Assembly (NCBI GenBank): GCA_030295235.1
Contig: AP026147.1
Location: 124,001-188,000, forward strand
Length of the DNA stretch: 64,000 nt
From: Fistulifera solaris
Taxonomy: Eukaryota
Direction of reading: 5' to 3'
In this document: in pieces, positions 49,269-61,892 of the stretch
Layout: each line of letters starts with the position of its first letter
How positions within the stretch are numbered: the first letter of the stretch is position 1
Program-made: the position numbers and the translations under genes
Notes under the pieces: model-generated
Told to the model about the DNA's origin: nothing
What the model saw: the letters and a program-made list of their open reading frames with translations, nothing else
Database searches by the model: none

Positions 49269-52200
49269 ATGTCACAACAATTCCCTCCTCAGCAGCCTCC
49301 GCCGGGTCGAGGAGCACCTCCGCAACAACAGGGCCGTAGTCGCGGTAATTCGTACTACAATGCGGCGGGGCGCGGAGCTGCTGGCCGCGGCGGAACAGGA
49401 GCCTGGCAACCGACTCCTCCTCCGCAATCTTCATTGCAGCAAGCGGCGGCCGGTCCCTATCCGGCGCAGCAACAACGTCCACCCTACGGCGCTGTGCCGT
49501 ATTACGCTACTCCGTACGGTGCGCCTCCCTTTCCACGTCCGTGGCAACCGAATTATGCGGGCCCGCCTCCGAATGCTCGAGGAGGTGTGTTCTATCCGCC
49601 AGGAACTCCGGCGGTTCCGGGACAGCCGGTGCCCATGACTCCAGCGGTTCCTCCCGCCGCGGCTGCCACAACACCCCCGGTGGTTGTGCCGCCCCGGGCG
49701 CGCAAGCCGTTGGTGATTACGGTGAGTCTCGTTTTGTTTCTTTCCTATGATTGCTCAATACACTTTATACTAACGCTGTATCTTCAGGATAAGGATGGAA
49801 ATGTGATTGATTTCTCCAAGACCGCCACCAAGCCCAGCTCTTCCTTGCAAACAGCTGCGGCAGCCGTTACTCCAGATTCGTCGTCCACCGATGCCGGAAA
49901 CAAATTGAAACAAGCCGTCATGGATCGCATGAACAAGGATGAAGAAGAGAAGAAAAAGAAGGAAGCGGAAGAAAAACAAATAGCCGAAGAAAACGCTAAA
50001 AAGGAAGCGGAAGAGAAGGCGAAAAAAGAAGCCGAAGAGAAAGCTAAATTGGAAGCCGAAGAAAAGGCCAAACAGGAGGCAGAAGAAACAGCGAAAAAGG
50101 AAGCTGAAGAGAAAGCAAAGAAAGCAAGTGCCCCGAAATCGTCATTAGCCAAAATACTCAGCCAGTCACCTGCACCGGCCCCTGCTGTTGCAGCTCGTGG
50201 CACATCCAACCGTATTGTTTTTACAAAAACCGCCCTATTCGAGTAAGTTGACCAATGTTTTTGACACGCTAACGACTATTCGCAAGCTAACCATGCACCA
50301 CCACTTCTTTCTTCCGAGCAGCTTCAAGAATTTGCCCCAGTGCACCGAGCGACCGTCGACACTGCCGGACTTTACTATCACGCGAGGACCATCGAAACGA
50401 CGAGACAGTCAAAAGGGCGGCCGTGGCAATCAAGACGCGAATAACGGCGGTGACTGGAGTCGACAATCCGGACGTCGCCAAAGCACTGGCGAAGGTTCAC
50501 AATGGAGTCGTGGGCAAGCGCCACCCAAAGGCCAGAGTCAACAACGTGGCCGCGGGGGACGTGGAGGCAAAGAACTTCCCGCCTATGATGGCCCACCGTT
50601 GGTCAAATCTGAAAATCATTGGAAGCCACGAAAGAATACATCGGCTTTAATCATTGCCGAAAAGCAAGTCAAATCGATTCTGAATAAGATGACCAAAGAA
50701 AAGTTCGGTCGACTGTCTGCACAAATGCTGGAGATCCCCATTTCAACGTACGAAACATTGAATATGATGATTGACAACGTTTACGACAAAGCTATTGATG
50801 AACCAGCCTTTGGGGATATGTATGCTGATCTATGTGTGAAGCTGTCTCAATCTGTCCATGTCGCAAAGTTGGTACATTACATTGAATCGGACGAGGAACC
50901 GCCTACTGAGGATGGCGTCGAAGGCAGTGCCGATAACGCGGATGTTTCGCATCACACAGTGTATCGTTGGAGTAATGATGTGAGCACCAACGATGAGCAG
51001 GTTGTTGGTCCTCTCGCTTCTGAAGAAGAATGCCTTGACGCGGCCCTCGATGAGGGAAGAGCGCACTCCTGTCGAGCGTGGGGAGATGCAGTTGGAACTG
51101 GTCAAGGTATTGATCAAGCGAGGTATTTTCATCAAGATAATGAAACAAAAAGACGCTGGAGATACTGATATTTTCTACACCGTTTATTTTCCTGTCGGAG
51201 AGGCCAAGGATTTGGGACAACAGCTATCTGATATCTTCCTTAGCCAGATGGAGTGCGAATCTGACGCAAATAAGAAGAATAGTTTTAAGCGATCTCTTCT
51301 CAACAAGTGCGAGGAAGAGTTTAACAAGCAAGATATTTACGTGGAATGGAAGGAAGAAAAGAAAGCATACGAGGAGACCAAGAGCTCGTTGTCTGCTGCC
51401 GAAATCGCCGAAAAGAAGAGGAGCTAGATTTCCGACGCATCCGAATCAAGAAGCAGATGCTTGGAAACGTGAAGTTTATTGGTCAGCTCTACAAGAAACG
51501 CTTATTGAAGGAGAAGATCATGCGTTTCTGCATCGGTTCATTACTGAAGTTGGAGCAGATACCGGCAGATCAGGTGGCCAGCAAGAACCCGGAGTATCTT
51601 GACAAGGGAAATTATGAAATGGATGAAGAAGATCACGAGGCTATTTGCAACATGTTTACAACGATTGGGCAAACAATTGATACATCTGCTGCTAAGAATT
51701 TCATGGATGTTTGCTTTGAAAAGATTAAGCTATTAAGTACAATGAAGACACTTCCCTCGAGATCCCGATTCATGTACAAGGACCTGTTAGATTTGCGAGA
51801 AAATAAATGGGTACCACGGCGGAAGGAAGAAAAGGCTAAAACTCTTGAAGAAATTCGCAAGGATGTGGAGCGAGAAGAGCGCAAGCAGGCGCAGGAGTCG
51901 CAGCAAAATCAACGAGGCGCGGGAAATTTCAATCCGAAGGGCAGTGGAAGAGGAAGTTCGAACGATCTTCGCTCCAGCGGTCGTCAGCCACAGAGAACTA
52001 GTGTTCGACAACCAAAGCCTGCTACCGAGACCGACGAGGACGGCTTTACAGTCGTGAGCCAAGGAGCGAAGGCCGCGCCCGTTATTTCCAAAAGCTCTTT
52101 ATCACAAAAATTACAGCAGTCTCAGCAATCGTCTTCGACATCTTCCAAACAAGCATTTTCGGCTTTGGCCAAGCCTGAGCCGCTCAGTGAGGACGAGCTC

Positions 52201-52749
52201 ATGCGCAAGATTAAGAGTATGAGGGCTGATTTTCTTACTGATGGAGGAAACGTTGATGAGCTTATCATGTCAATGGACGAGATTTCAGGAACTCCTGATG
52301 CTGGCATTGTTCTTGTATCCAAGAATGCTGATCACATGATGGAGTGTAAGGATGACGAGAGAAAAGCCATATACCAGATGATTTCAATTCTGTTCGAGAA
52401 GGACAAAATAACGAAAGGTGATATCATGGAAGGCACAAAAGACGTAATTGAATTGATTGACGACTTGGTCGTGGACTCACCGCGTGCGTATGAATATCTT
52501 GGCGATTTTCTTGGATTGTTGCTGAGATTGAAGGCTGTAGACCTAAACTGGATTTGTGAAGAATGCGAGAAGACGAAAGAATTCAATCCCCACACTCAGG
52601 CACCCGAGAAGCTGATTCAATTTGCTCTGCTGAATTTAAAGAAAACCAGCGGAAAGCAGGCTGTTGCCGATGTGGTTGCGAACGACAACGGTGTGACCAG
52701 CCTGCTTGGTGACAAGTGGACAGCCTTGCGTGCTGAAGTTATTAGCTAA
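49269..52749 (+). CDS. EIF4G: Translation initiation factor eIF4G (MIF4G + MA3); introns 49722-49787 and 50243-50321, frameshifts near 51058 and 51415
   Basis: VKSILNKMTKEKF, KAIDEPAFGDMYADLC, FKRSLLNKCEEEF, MLGNVKFIGQLY, SRSRFM..DLLDLR..W, DLVVDSPRA. Confidence 0.94.
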
Positions 52750-53271
52750 ACTTAATTCTTTGCTTTAACACATCTAATGCGAGTATCGTCTTTTTCTTGG
52801 TTTTGCTATAATTCTATTCCGGCGATATGTCAATGTGCAATGTGATCCTCACCTTGCCTATGTTCTATGTCCCCTCTATGCTTGATGTTTGCTAGAGATA
52901 TTCTTCTCGTGACTACTGACTACTCTTGACACAATCAATACTGGTAAAGCGTACAGTTTGAATGTAGAGTTGATTTCCTCGGCGAAGAAAAAAGAGTCTT
53001 CGCTTTTCCGTTGAAGTAACTAAATTCTGTTGAATCATTTCAACGGATTGTTTCCTTTAAGCAAAGAACGCGCTCCGCGTCTCCGGTCTCCGGTTCTCGT
53101 CCGGTTCTTCGCTGCAAAAAGACACGCCATTCTTCGGCATTAAAACGACCTGCATAACTATTCTGGTTTATGGCATTGCTGAACAGAATATTCAAGTTAC
53201 ACTATCCTACCACACTTTTGAATGAATCATAGCTTAAGCTACTTAGAGCGACAGCAAGTTAAAGGGGATTG

Positions 53272-55020
53272 ATGAGAATCGAAGGGCAGAAAACGCCTTG
53301 TGCCGACGGCAAAGAAGCGCCGTATCTGGATGTCGAAACAACAACCACCTCATCCCTGGACGAGTCAGACGACCCGCATGGTTCCGAGAAGGTGCAAATT
53401 CAATTCGAAATGCCCGAGATTTATTTGTACGAAAACATATGCAGCGCAGCCGACGATGACGAAGAAATTCATCGTCATTTTAGTGCTTGTTCGCCAAAGA
53501 CACCCTCTCGCTTATCAGAATGGTTCCTTGCAAAAGCAACGTTTCAACAAGATCAGAGAGCAAAAACGGATGAGGAATCGGTCGGGTCTGTCAATTCTGT
53601 AACCTATTTTGAGCCTGCTGATTTCAACCGTAGCAATTGGGAGTCGGTTATGAATGCTCCCACCATGGGTTTAGCCTTTGTGGGGATTGCCATGGCATTG
53701 ACTCATCCTCTTCTCTTCGTGGCCGGGTTAATCACCGCAGTCGGTACAGCAACGGCGGCTTCACGTGGTTATGAATGTATCGACAAAGATATGTATTCGC
53801 AGATCTGGGAGTCACTCTTTCATTCTTCCGGTGCCGTGGCCCACGATGCTTTAGAAAGTAGTACCACAGCAACCGTTGACGAGGCCCAACAGAAACAGAA
53901 TCCAGAAAGACCAGAAGTCGATACGTCGGCCGAGATGGTAAAAAGTGCAATTGAGTCCGATAGAACACCCGCTGGGGAACAGCAAACCCTTAAGACATCT
54001 CCGCGAAAGCGTAAAAACCACAAACTTCCACCTTGCGGGCCATCGATACCAATCACTTCAAAGGAAAGCAAACCTCCTGTCGATTGGATAACGGAAAACT
54101 TCACGGATCTCAAACACCAGGTTGTGACGGATAGAGAATTTATTGGACTCAATGTGATCGAGTTCTTTCATGTTTTCTTTGGCGACGATGCACCGTACAG
54201 CTTCAAGGAGTTTCAAAAGAAACGCGGCGACTTGGACATTCAATACGGATCATGGAGCGATGAACTCGCCAAAGGTCCCTTATCATTACATCCACCATCT
54301 ACAGCGGGAGATTTTCCCTTCGACGCGACTACCTATGTCTCTTACCAGACTCGAACGCTTAATTTCAAAGCAAAAACCAACAACTCCAATTTACTCGGGC
54401 CCGCCTTTGCCACAACGACGAAAGTGCAGCGGTTGTTTATACTATCCAAAAGGTGTGCTGTTTTGGAAATGAAAACAACGCTACGTGATATTCCCTTTGC
54501 AGACCGGTTCTTTGTTCTCGAACGTTGGGTGGTGAATGCTAAGAAAGATGAATACGGCTTGTATACGATTCTGCTATCCATTTCAACTGGCGCTGTATTC
54601 ACAGGAAGTTGCCCGTTTGAAAGTCCTATCCGATCAAGATCTGCTGCAGCAGTTTCTGATGTTGTGAATGCTTGGTGCGCAATGGCGACCGAAGCTCTGA
54701 AACTAACGGAACAGACCAAAATCTCGCGTCTCGATCACATAGCGGACTCTCATGAAAGCGGTGAAACGGCAGCCGAAATCTTGCAGAAGAATATCTTGTA
54801 CGGCGAAGGCGAACTACCCGTGGAAGTTAGTATTGACAGCTACTTGGGAACGGCAAACACTAAAGATGACTCCGTACGATCTTTAAAGAGGTCCGTGTCA
54901 GATCCTTTAGAACATACAAGGCGGCGTTCGTTAGGCGGAATTGGACGATCCATATCCCAAATTTGGACACGAGGACAAAGAGACTCACTGCCAAAGAGCT
55001 CCTCGGAACAAGAATTTTGA
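53272..55020 (+). CDS. VASt/StART-like lipid-transfer domain protein with hydrophobic hairpin
   Basis: FFGDDAPYSF, TTLRDIPFADRFFVLERW, VFTGSCPFESPI. Confidence 0.72.
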   Translation: MRIEGQKTPCADGKEAPYLDVETTTTSSLDESDDPHGSEKVQIQFEMPEIYLYENICSAADDDEEIHRHFSACSPKTPSRLSEWFLAKATFQQDQRAKTDEESVGSVNSVTYFEPADFNRSNWESVMNAPTMGLAFVGIAMALTHPLLFVAGLITAVGTATAASRGYECIDKDMYSQIWESLFHSSGAVAHDALESSTTATVDEAQQKQNPERPEVDTSAEMVKSAIESDRTPAGEQQTLKTSPRKRKNHKLPPCGPSIPITSKESKPPVDWITENFTDLKHQVVTDREFIGLNVIEFFHVFFGDDAPYSFKEFQKKRGDLDIQYGSWSDELAKGPLSLHPPSTAGDFPFDATTYVSYQTRTLNFKAKTNNSNLLGPAFATTTKVQRLFILSKRCAVLEMKTTLRDIPFADRFFVLERWVVNAKKDEYGLYTILLSISTGAVFTGSCPFESPIRSRSAAAVSDVVNAWCAMATEALKLTEQTKISRLDHIADSHESGETAAEILQKNILYGEGELPVEVSIDSYLGTANTKDDSVRSLKRSVSDPLEHTRRRSLGGIGRSISQIWTRGQRDSLPKSSSEQEF

Positions 55021-55263
55021 AAGAATAGAGAAATGATAGTCTAGTATTTGTAAAAATAAAGAAAGTGTGAACATTGTCAACCTGAGAGTGGACTATGATA
55101 TCATACAAATCCTTGCTTTACGCTAAAATAGCTTCCATTCCAGAAAGTCTAGGTGCATTTTTGCAGGAAGTGCTACTAGTCGGCATGTATGACAAAAATA
55201 CTGTAGAGCCAGAAACTTTGTGATCTATGAGTTACATTATTCCATTAAAGGGGTTAAAATGGC

Positions 55264-56656
55264 TTAGGCTTCATCCAAAGCGGCAACACCCGGAAGGACC
55301 TTGCCCTCAAGGAGTTCCAAGGAGGCACCTCCACCCGTGGAGATGTGGGACATGTCTCCGGCGCGTCCCGAGAGCTCGGTGGCGGCAACGGAGTCTCCAC
55401 CACCAATGATGGTAATGGCACCCTTCTCTTTTGTCAAGTCAGCAAGGATGTTGACAAGGTCGAAAGTTCCCTTGGCGAACTTTTCGAATTCGAACACACC
55501 CATGGGACCGTTCATGATGACGGTTTTGCAGTCCGAAAGAGCCTCCTTTTGAAGCTTGGTGGACTCCGGACCGTTGTCAAGTCCCATCCATCCGTCGGGG
55601 ATCTCTTCGGCAGAAACAACCTTGGTGTTGGCCTCCTTGTCGAACTTGTCGGCAACAACAATGTCCACAGGAAGGATGATCTCCTTGCCGAGCTTCTCCG
55701 CCTTGGCCAAAACTTCCTTGGCAGTGTCAACAAAGTCGTCCTCGACCAAAGAGGTACCGACGCTGAAACCCTTGGCCTTCAAGAAAGTGAAAACCATACC
55801 TCCACCAATGATCACCTTGTCGCACTTGTCGAGAAGGGCCTCCAAGACGGTGATCTTGCTGGAAACTTTGGATCCACCGACGATGGCAGCCATGGGCTTC
55901 TTTCCGCTGGTGACAGCTCCATCCAAGTATTCCAGCTCCTTGGCGAGCAAAAATCCACCCACCGAGGGTTTGAGGAACTTGGTCACACCCTCCGTCGAGG
56001 CGTGCGCACGGTGGGCCGTACCGAACGCGTCGTTGACGTAAAGGTCGAACGGAGCGGCGAGCTTTTCAACAAAAGAAGGCTCGTTCTTTTCCTCCTCCTT
56101 GTAAAAGCGGGTGTTCTCGAGCATGATAACATCACCTTCCTTGGCGGCGGCGACCATCTTGGCGACTTCCTCACCGATGCAGTCGGGGGCCAACTTGACT
56201 TCCTGGCCCAAAAGCTCTCCCATGCGTTCCGCGCAAGGTCCGAGAGAGAACTTGTCCTCGGGGCCCGACTTGGGGCGACCCAAGTGAGAGCAGACAGTGA
56301 CGATGGCACCCTTGCTCTTCAAGTATTCGATGGTGGGGATCGACGAGCGGATACGGGTGTCGTCGGTGATCTTCTTTCCGTCGAGGGGAACGTTCACATC
56401 ACAACGAACAAGGACTTTCTTTCCCTTAAGATCAGCCTCCGAAAGGTCCTCAATGGACTTTTTGGCATCCAACTCAATCAAAGAAGGAGCGGCAACCGAG
56501 CGGACACCGAAGGTGGCTGCAAGGCAATGTGAGTGAGACGACGAAAAGCATTCCGACGACGAAACGCCGATCGACGACTCGACTTACCGGCAGGGTGAAG
56601 GCAGCAGCAGAGCTGCAGGCAAGAAGGGCGAGAACGGCAGAGTTGATGAACTTCAT
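55264..56656 (-). CDS. PGK: Plastid phosphoglycerate kinase; intron 56517-56587, 1-nt loss near 56593
   Basis: [45 protein letters not shown]; signal ending AAA-FT; strong codon bias. Confidence 0.97.
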
Positions 56657-57075
56657 GTTGACGGTTGGGATGTTGTTATTATCTTTTGTGAGAAGACTTG
56701 GGGCAAGGAATCTTTTGCGTGTCGACGACCGATCTGCACCTACGTAAGTGGCTCACCGCACTTTTTTGGCCCTTCCCCACCGTAGAAAATGTAGGCGGAC
56801 GAGGGCTTTGTCCACGAAAAGGACAGACGAACACGTATGCATGCGACCCGTGAACCGCGCGAACTTGTAGGCGGGAGTGACGAACGGTGCGCGACGTCAT
56901 TTTTTCGCGCCAGATGACGTTCGTCTTGCCGTCGTCCGTGGCGGGAGCGTCCATCCTTCGACCGCCAGTTCGCGTTGGTTCCATCCATCCAACACTTTTC
57001 TCATCAAACAAAAAGTTCTGTTGCAACTCCATCGAAGCGATAGAGGCAACCCAAGACAATACAACCACCGACAAA

Positions 57076-58524
57076 ATGGGCAAGAAATCCAAACGCGGAC
57101 GCACCAAACAGCCCGAAGAAGAGCGGGTAGCCCCAGCGCTCCGCGAACCACAAGAAGAAACACTCGACAACCTGCAATTCCAAGATCCTTATCCGGAAGA
57201 ATACATTTTGGACGATGAAGCCGAAGGTTCTGAAGAAGAAGGCGCGGATATGGAAGTGATACAATCATGGAATCCTCTTTCGGGTCAACCGTTGGAAGAC
57301 GGGCAAACCCTCGAAATGGATCCTACGGCGTACAAAATGTATCACGCCTTGACACCGGATTGGCCGGCCTTGAGTTTTGATTTCATTCGCGACGACTTGG
57401 GAGAAGCACGGACACGGTTCCCGCATTCGCTCATTGCGGCCATTGGAACCCAAGCCGATCGACCCGATCAGAATCAATTGACGATTTTGAAAATGTCGGA
57501 TTTAGCTCGCATGCATGTGGAGACGGATGACGATATATTGGGTGAAGAATACAATCCAGACAAAGAAGATGACAGTGACGAGGACGATGATTCGGACGAT
57601 GAAGTCGAACTCGATCCGATCATTGAGCATTTTTCCATTCCACACTACGGTGGAGTGAATCGGGTGAGATGTATGCCGCAGCAGTCCAACATTGTAGCCA
57701 CTTGGAGTGACGCCGGAAAGGTTCACTTATTCAACGTCGAAAGCATATTACAGAGATTCAACATGGGAGAAGGAAAAGCCGTCGCATCTCCTCATGATAT
57801 TCCGAAGAAACCATTTTACAGCTACGACCAACACGGATCCGAAGGTTACGCGCTGGATTGGTCCCCGGTACGCAAAGGCGGCTTGGCGACGGGGGATTGC
57901 ACCGGCAACATTCATTTGTGGGATCCCCGACCCGAGGGAGGCTACGCCGTTTCACGGTTTTACGAAGCCATAGACACACCACGGTCGGTGGAAGATTTGC
58001 AATGGAGTCCTTCCGAAGAAACCGTGTTGGCCTCGGCCGAATGTGGTGGCTATGTCCGCATTTTCGACTCGCGCGCTCCGCAACGCGCCATGTTGAGTCA
58101 CAAAATCCACAAAGAGTCGGCGGATGTGAATGTCTTGTCGTGGAATCGCTTGGTCACGAATTTGATCGCCACCGGTGGCGATGACGGTGCCTTGTCGGTC
58201 TGGGATTTGCGACATTTTTCGGGCGAAGCCGTCAAGCCACTGGCTCGCTTTACGCCCCACAAGACCCCCATCACTTCCGTGACGTGGCATCCGACCGATG
58301 AATCCATGTTGGCCGCGACCGATGACGATGGCGCGTATATATACGACCTTTCTGTCGAAGAAGACGAGACTTCTGCTGGGCAGTTGGATGTTCCACCCCA
58401 GCTGTTGTTTGTGCACTGCGGCAGTCAGCAGTTCAAAGAAGTGCATTGGCATCCGCAAATCACGAGCTGTTTGATGACGACGGCATTGACGGGATTTTCG
58501 GCCTTTATTCCATCGAATTTATGA
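57076..58524 (+). CDS. GRWD1: Glutamate-rich WD40 protein GRWD1/Rrb1
   Basis: WPALSFD, GTQA, EGYALDWS, SVEDLQWSP, DVNVLSWN, PPQLLFVH, KEVHWHPQ. Confidence 0.94.
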   Translation: MGKKSKRGRTKQPEEERVAPALREPQEETLDNLQFQDPYPEEYILDDEAEGSEEEGADMEVIQSWNPLSGQPLEDGQTLEMDPTAYKMYHALTPDWPALSFDFIRDDLGEARTRFPHSLIAAIGTQADRPDQNQLTILKMSDLARMHVETDDDILGEEYNPDKEDDSDEDDDSDDEVELDPIIEHFSIPHYGGVNRVRCMPQQSNIVATWSDAGKVHLFNVESILQRFNMGEGKAVASPHDIPKKPFYSYDQHGSEGYALDWSPVRKGGLATGDCTGNIHLWDPRPEGGYAVSRFYEAIDTPRSVEDLQWSPSEETVLASAECGGYVRIFDSRAPQRAMLSHKIHKESADVNVLSWNRLVTNLIATGGDDGALSVWDLRHFSGEAVKPLARFTPHKTPITSVTWHPTDESMLAATDDDGAYIYDLSVEEDETSAGQLDVPPQLLFVHCGSQQFKEVHWHPQITSCLMTTALTGFSAFIPSNL

Positions 58525-58816
58525 GGAACTAATCATTCATTTTCTAACACACTAGACTAATTAAAATAGGCGTGCAATTCTCATGGTCATCGATATAGAG
58601 TATCGTAGCGGTACTATTCACGGTATACGGAGTACTTTTTCTTGCACACTACACAATCCGACGAAACGAGCGCAAAAAAAGAAACGGTCACATCGTCATA
58701 CATCGCATTGCGCCTTTATTATTTTTTCTTGTTCATCGTTCATTCTCTTGTTGGCAAAGAAGTCATCAGTCGTTAAAAAGGTTTTCCTTTCCTTACGTGC
58801 ATCGAATAAAGGAAAA

Positions 58817-60655
58817 ATGTGCCGGCTGTACGCACTTTTCTGCATCATAATATCCTTCGCACCGCTCGCTGCGGCAATCCGCGTTCTGCCGAACGATCCT
58901 CGTCGGAGTTCCGTGCGTTACAGTGAAGAACATCGAAAACTGTTGGAACAACGATCCACAACAACCGCTACACATCCCGATGAGCATTTCGTGAAGGATC
59001 TACCGCTCCTCGATTCTCAGCAGTTTTCGACACAACAATGGGCCGGGTTGTTGCCGGCATCCCCACACGGTGACAAGTATTTCTTTTATTGGCTCTTTGC
59101 GCCCTCACCCTCGGAAAAGCCCGATGCCGAAATACCCTTACTGATCTGGTTAAATGGCGGACCGGCGTGTTCCAGTATGGATGGTTTGTTTTTGGAAAAT
59201 GGACCGTTCCGTTTTGTCGTCCAAGACGGCGAATATCAACTCCAACCCGACGACCAGTACAGTTGGCACCGATTACCCGCGTATACCTTATATATTGATC
59301 AACCCGTCGGAACCGGTCTCAGTTATACGACGTCTCGCAAATATCCGACCAATGATGCCGAATTGTGTACCGATTTTTATTATTTCCTTCAAAGCTTTTT
59401 GAGATTGCATTCCGACAAGTTTGTTAAAGAGCAAGAAATGAATCGGGCCCTGTATTTTTCGGGAGAAAGTTATGCAGGACATTACAATATTATTTACACA
59501 AATCACATTTTACAACAAAACAAAGATCCCAACAATATACGCATTCGTGTTCAAGGGGCTGCCATTGGGAATGGTTGGGTCGATCCGTATTATCAATACG
59601 CCGGTGCGGAAGCCGCGTACGGACACGGATTGATTGGCATCAGTGAAGTGGCGGCCTTTAAAGAAAAAGAACAGCAATGTCAGCGCAACTTGGAGCAAGA
59701 AAAATTCAATACCGGTATCTGTTTTGATTTGGTCGACGAGATTGTCAGTCAATCCTTCGGGAAGGGTTCCAAATACCAAGTCAGCAGTTACGACATTCGA
59801 CGCGTGGAAGGTCCCGGTTTGGCCAAATTCCCACCAGGACACACCATTGTGGAAGCCTATTTGGGACATTGGACTTTGACCGGAGAACAAGAAGGGACAC
59901 TGCCGGACGATATCACGCCCCGCGTTATCCAAGCCTTGCATGCGGAAGCCTCCGTCGCCTCCGGTCAGCGCTATAAAGAATGCACGGATCCACCGTACCT
60001 GGCGCTCGCCAAATTGGATGGCAAAGGTGTCGTTCCGGAAATGGTGCAAGTACTAGAACATCCCGATCAAGTTCAATTACTATTTTTCAATGGGATTCAA
60101 GATATGGTGTGCAACCACGTGGGCAATGAGCGATCCCTCGAAAAATTACCCTGGAAACACGCGGACGATTGGAATGCGGCACCGCGGTACGCCTGGTCCG
60201 CCGTATCACCCACCCAAGTATCGGGATACATGCGGGAATATCAAAATTTAAAGTATTTGAAAATATTGGATGCGGGGCACATGGTTCCTTTGGACGTACC
60301 GGAAGTGGCATTTAAAATGATGCAAACCTTTCTGTATGGAGGATCCTTTCAGAACAGTCAGCAAGTACTGGATCGAACGAAGAGTGCAGAGTGTCCCGTG
60401 TGTCCCCAATGTCCTGTTTACAACACCGACAACAACGAAAACAGGGGCACATCAGGGTCTCCCCTGCTCTGGCTAATGGCGGGTACCATTGTGACAGGAC
60501 TGTTACTGTTCGTGATGTTGCATCGAAAAGCGGCCGTCGAACATCGAGTCGTCAGAATTCCACAACATCATGGACTCGAGCTACAAGAATCTCATTACAC
60601 GGATGAACCCGAAAATGATGATGATGAAAATGAATCACCCACCAGAGTAATATAA
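58817..60655 (+). CDS. Serine carboxypeptidase S10, type I membrane (Kex1-like)
   Basis: WLNGGPACSS, DQPVGTGLS, GESYAG, D and AGHMVP catalytic motifs; signal peptide and C-terminal TM. Confidence 0.92.
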   Translation: MCRLYALFCIIISFAPLAAAIRVLPNDPRRSSVRYSEEHRKLLEQRSTTTATHPDEHFVKDLPLLDSQQFSTQQWAGLLPASPHGDKYFFYWLFAPSPSEKPDAEIPLLIWLNGGPACSSMDGLFLENGPFRFVVQDGEYQLQPDDQYSWHRLPAYTLYIDQPVGTGLSYTTSRKYPTNDAELCTDFYYFLQSFLRLHSDKFVKEQEMNRALYFSGESYAGHYNIIYTNHILQQNKDPNNIRIRVQGAAIGNGWVDPYYQYAGAEAAYGHGLIGISEVAAFKEKEQQCQRNLEQEKFNTGICFDLVDEIVSQSFGKGSKYQVSSYDIRRVEGPGLAKFPPGHTIVEAYLGHWTLTGEQEGTLPDDITPRVIQALHAEASVASGQRYKECTDPPYLALAKLDGKGVVPEMVQVLEHPDQVQLLFFNGIQDMVCNHVGNERSLEKLPWKHADDWNAAPRYAWSAVSPTQVSGYMREYQNLKYLKILDAGHMVPLDVPEVAFKMMQTFLYGGSFQNSQQVLDRTKSAECPVCPQCPVYNTDNNENRGTSGSPLLWLMAGTIVTGLLLFVMLHRKAAVEHRVVRIPQHHGLELQESHYTDEPENDDDENESPTRVI

Positions 60656-60786
60656 AGACTACTACTCTAAAATAATCAGTGAATCGATTCCACTCTATTT
60701 TGATATCTGCTACGTGGCTTTGGTTAGGAAATACATGGCTTCATTTACGAAATGATGCTTCACAACTGGGTGTGAGTTCACTCCTT

Positions 60787-61892
60787 CTAAGGAAACTTGA
60801 TACCGGGACGCATCGCTTCCGTATTGGCAAAATACCCTTCAAAAGTCTCCGGTTTACGTCCAATCAACTTTTCCAAATCTTTCGAATACGACTCTTTCAT
60901 TTCATCAATCCCCGAAGCTTTGATTTTTTCAAACGTCGCCGAATCCTTGACCAACCACGTCGGCAAACCCCGCTTCTTGACGCTCTTGACATAATCGTGA
61001 TAGCCCAAGGAGACGTGTTCAATTTCGGTTTGATACGCTTTCGACAACAATTTGCAAACTTCGGCATCGGTAATCGGCCCAGGTCCCGTCAAATTGTACA
61101 CTTTATTGCGATGTTCTTTGCGATTCAATATGACGACGACCGCGGCATCGGCCACATCGTTCGGACTGACGTAATTGACGCCCATCCCGTACGATGCCGT
61201 GACGAATTTGTGTTCCTTGCGCAACAAATCCCCCCTGATGCAAGAGTGGTGTCGTCATCAGGTGCGACGCACACAAAATAGTGTAACTGATGCGCGAATT
61301 GAGCGGTGCCTGTTCCAATAAATCATCGCACGTGCAATGGAATTGCACAAAGGGTACTTTTTCGCGATAGACCATACCGGCCTTGTTGTGCAAAAACGAA
61401 ATTTTGATGAAATGTTCGACTTTCATGTCTTTGCATTTGAGCAAAAAGGCGGGAAAGACGGACGCCCAATCATCGAGATTGGGTAAACTACAAAATACCG
61501 TATTGACTCCTTGTAAGACAGTATCATAGCAGGCAGCATCGGTCCAATCAAAGTCCACGACTTCGGCTCCTTTTTCTTCCAACGCGGCGACTAATCCGTC
61601 GACAAAGGGTTTATCCCCACCTCCCGGAATTTTCCCACGATCTCCTTTCCAGACACCGACACGAACATTTTTGTGTCCGGCTTCGAGGAGGCCTGTGATA
61701 GAGGTGTGTGTGTGTGAGTGGTGTACTTTGGAGAGGATCGAACACTCGTAACTTACTCGCCGCGACACGATATCCGATGACACCCGTCCCGGATGTCACA
61801 AAGACTTTTCCCACATCAGCATCAAAGGTGAAACGTCCCAATCCAGGAATGATGTCGGCTAATCCTTTTTGTGTTTTCTTGAGCAAACTCAT
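60787..61892 (-). CDS. NmrA-like NAD(P)-binding Rossmann protein; intron 61693-61756, frameshift near 61232
   Basis: VFVTSGTGVIG, YVSPNDVADAA, YNLTGP. Confidence 0.85.

Noticed and set aside
49940..50125. Repetitive GAAGAGAAG-type tract as a satellite
   Set aside because: Coding EEKAKKEA charged-helix repeats within eIF4G.
55345..56532. 395-aa ORF antisense to PGK, and similar ones opposite AlaRS, METE and PSMA3
   Set aside because: Shadow ORFs caused by codon bias of the sense gene; no motifs.
25400..61240. Frameshifts in PGK, eIF4G, PA2G4, SCYL1, PDCD4, HHL1, ADO, NmrA as programmed frameshifting or mass pseudogenisation
   Set aside because: Mostly single-base losses in short homopolymers in otherwise intact essential genes (adding one C in PGK restores AFTPAATF and the intron phase), typical of unpolished long reads. 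This also leaves the status of CDC20 copies 1 and 2 uncertain.
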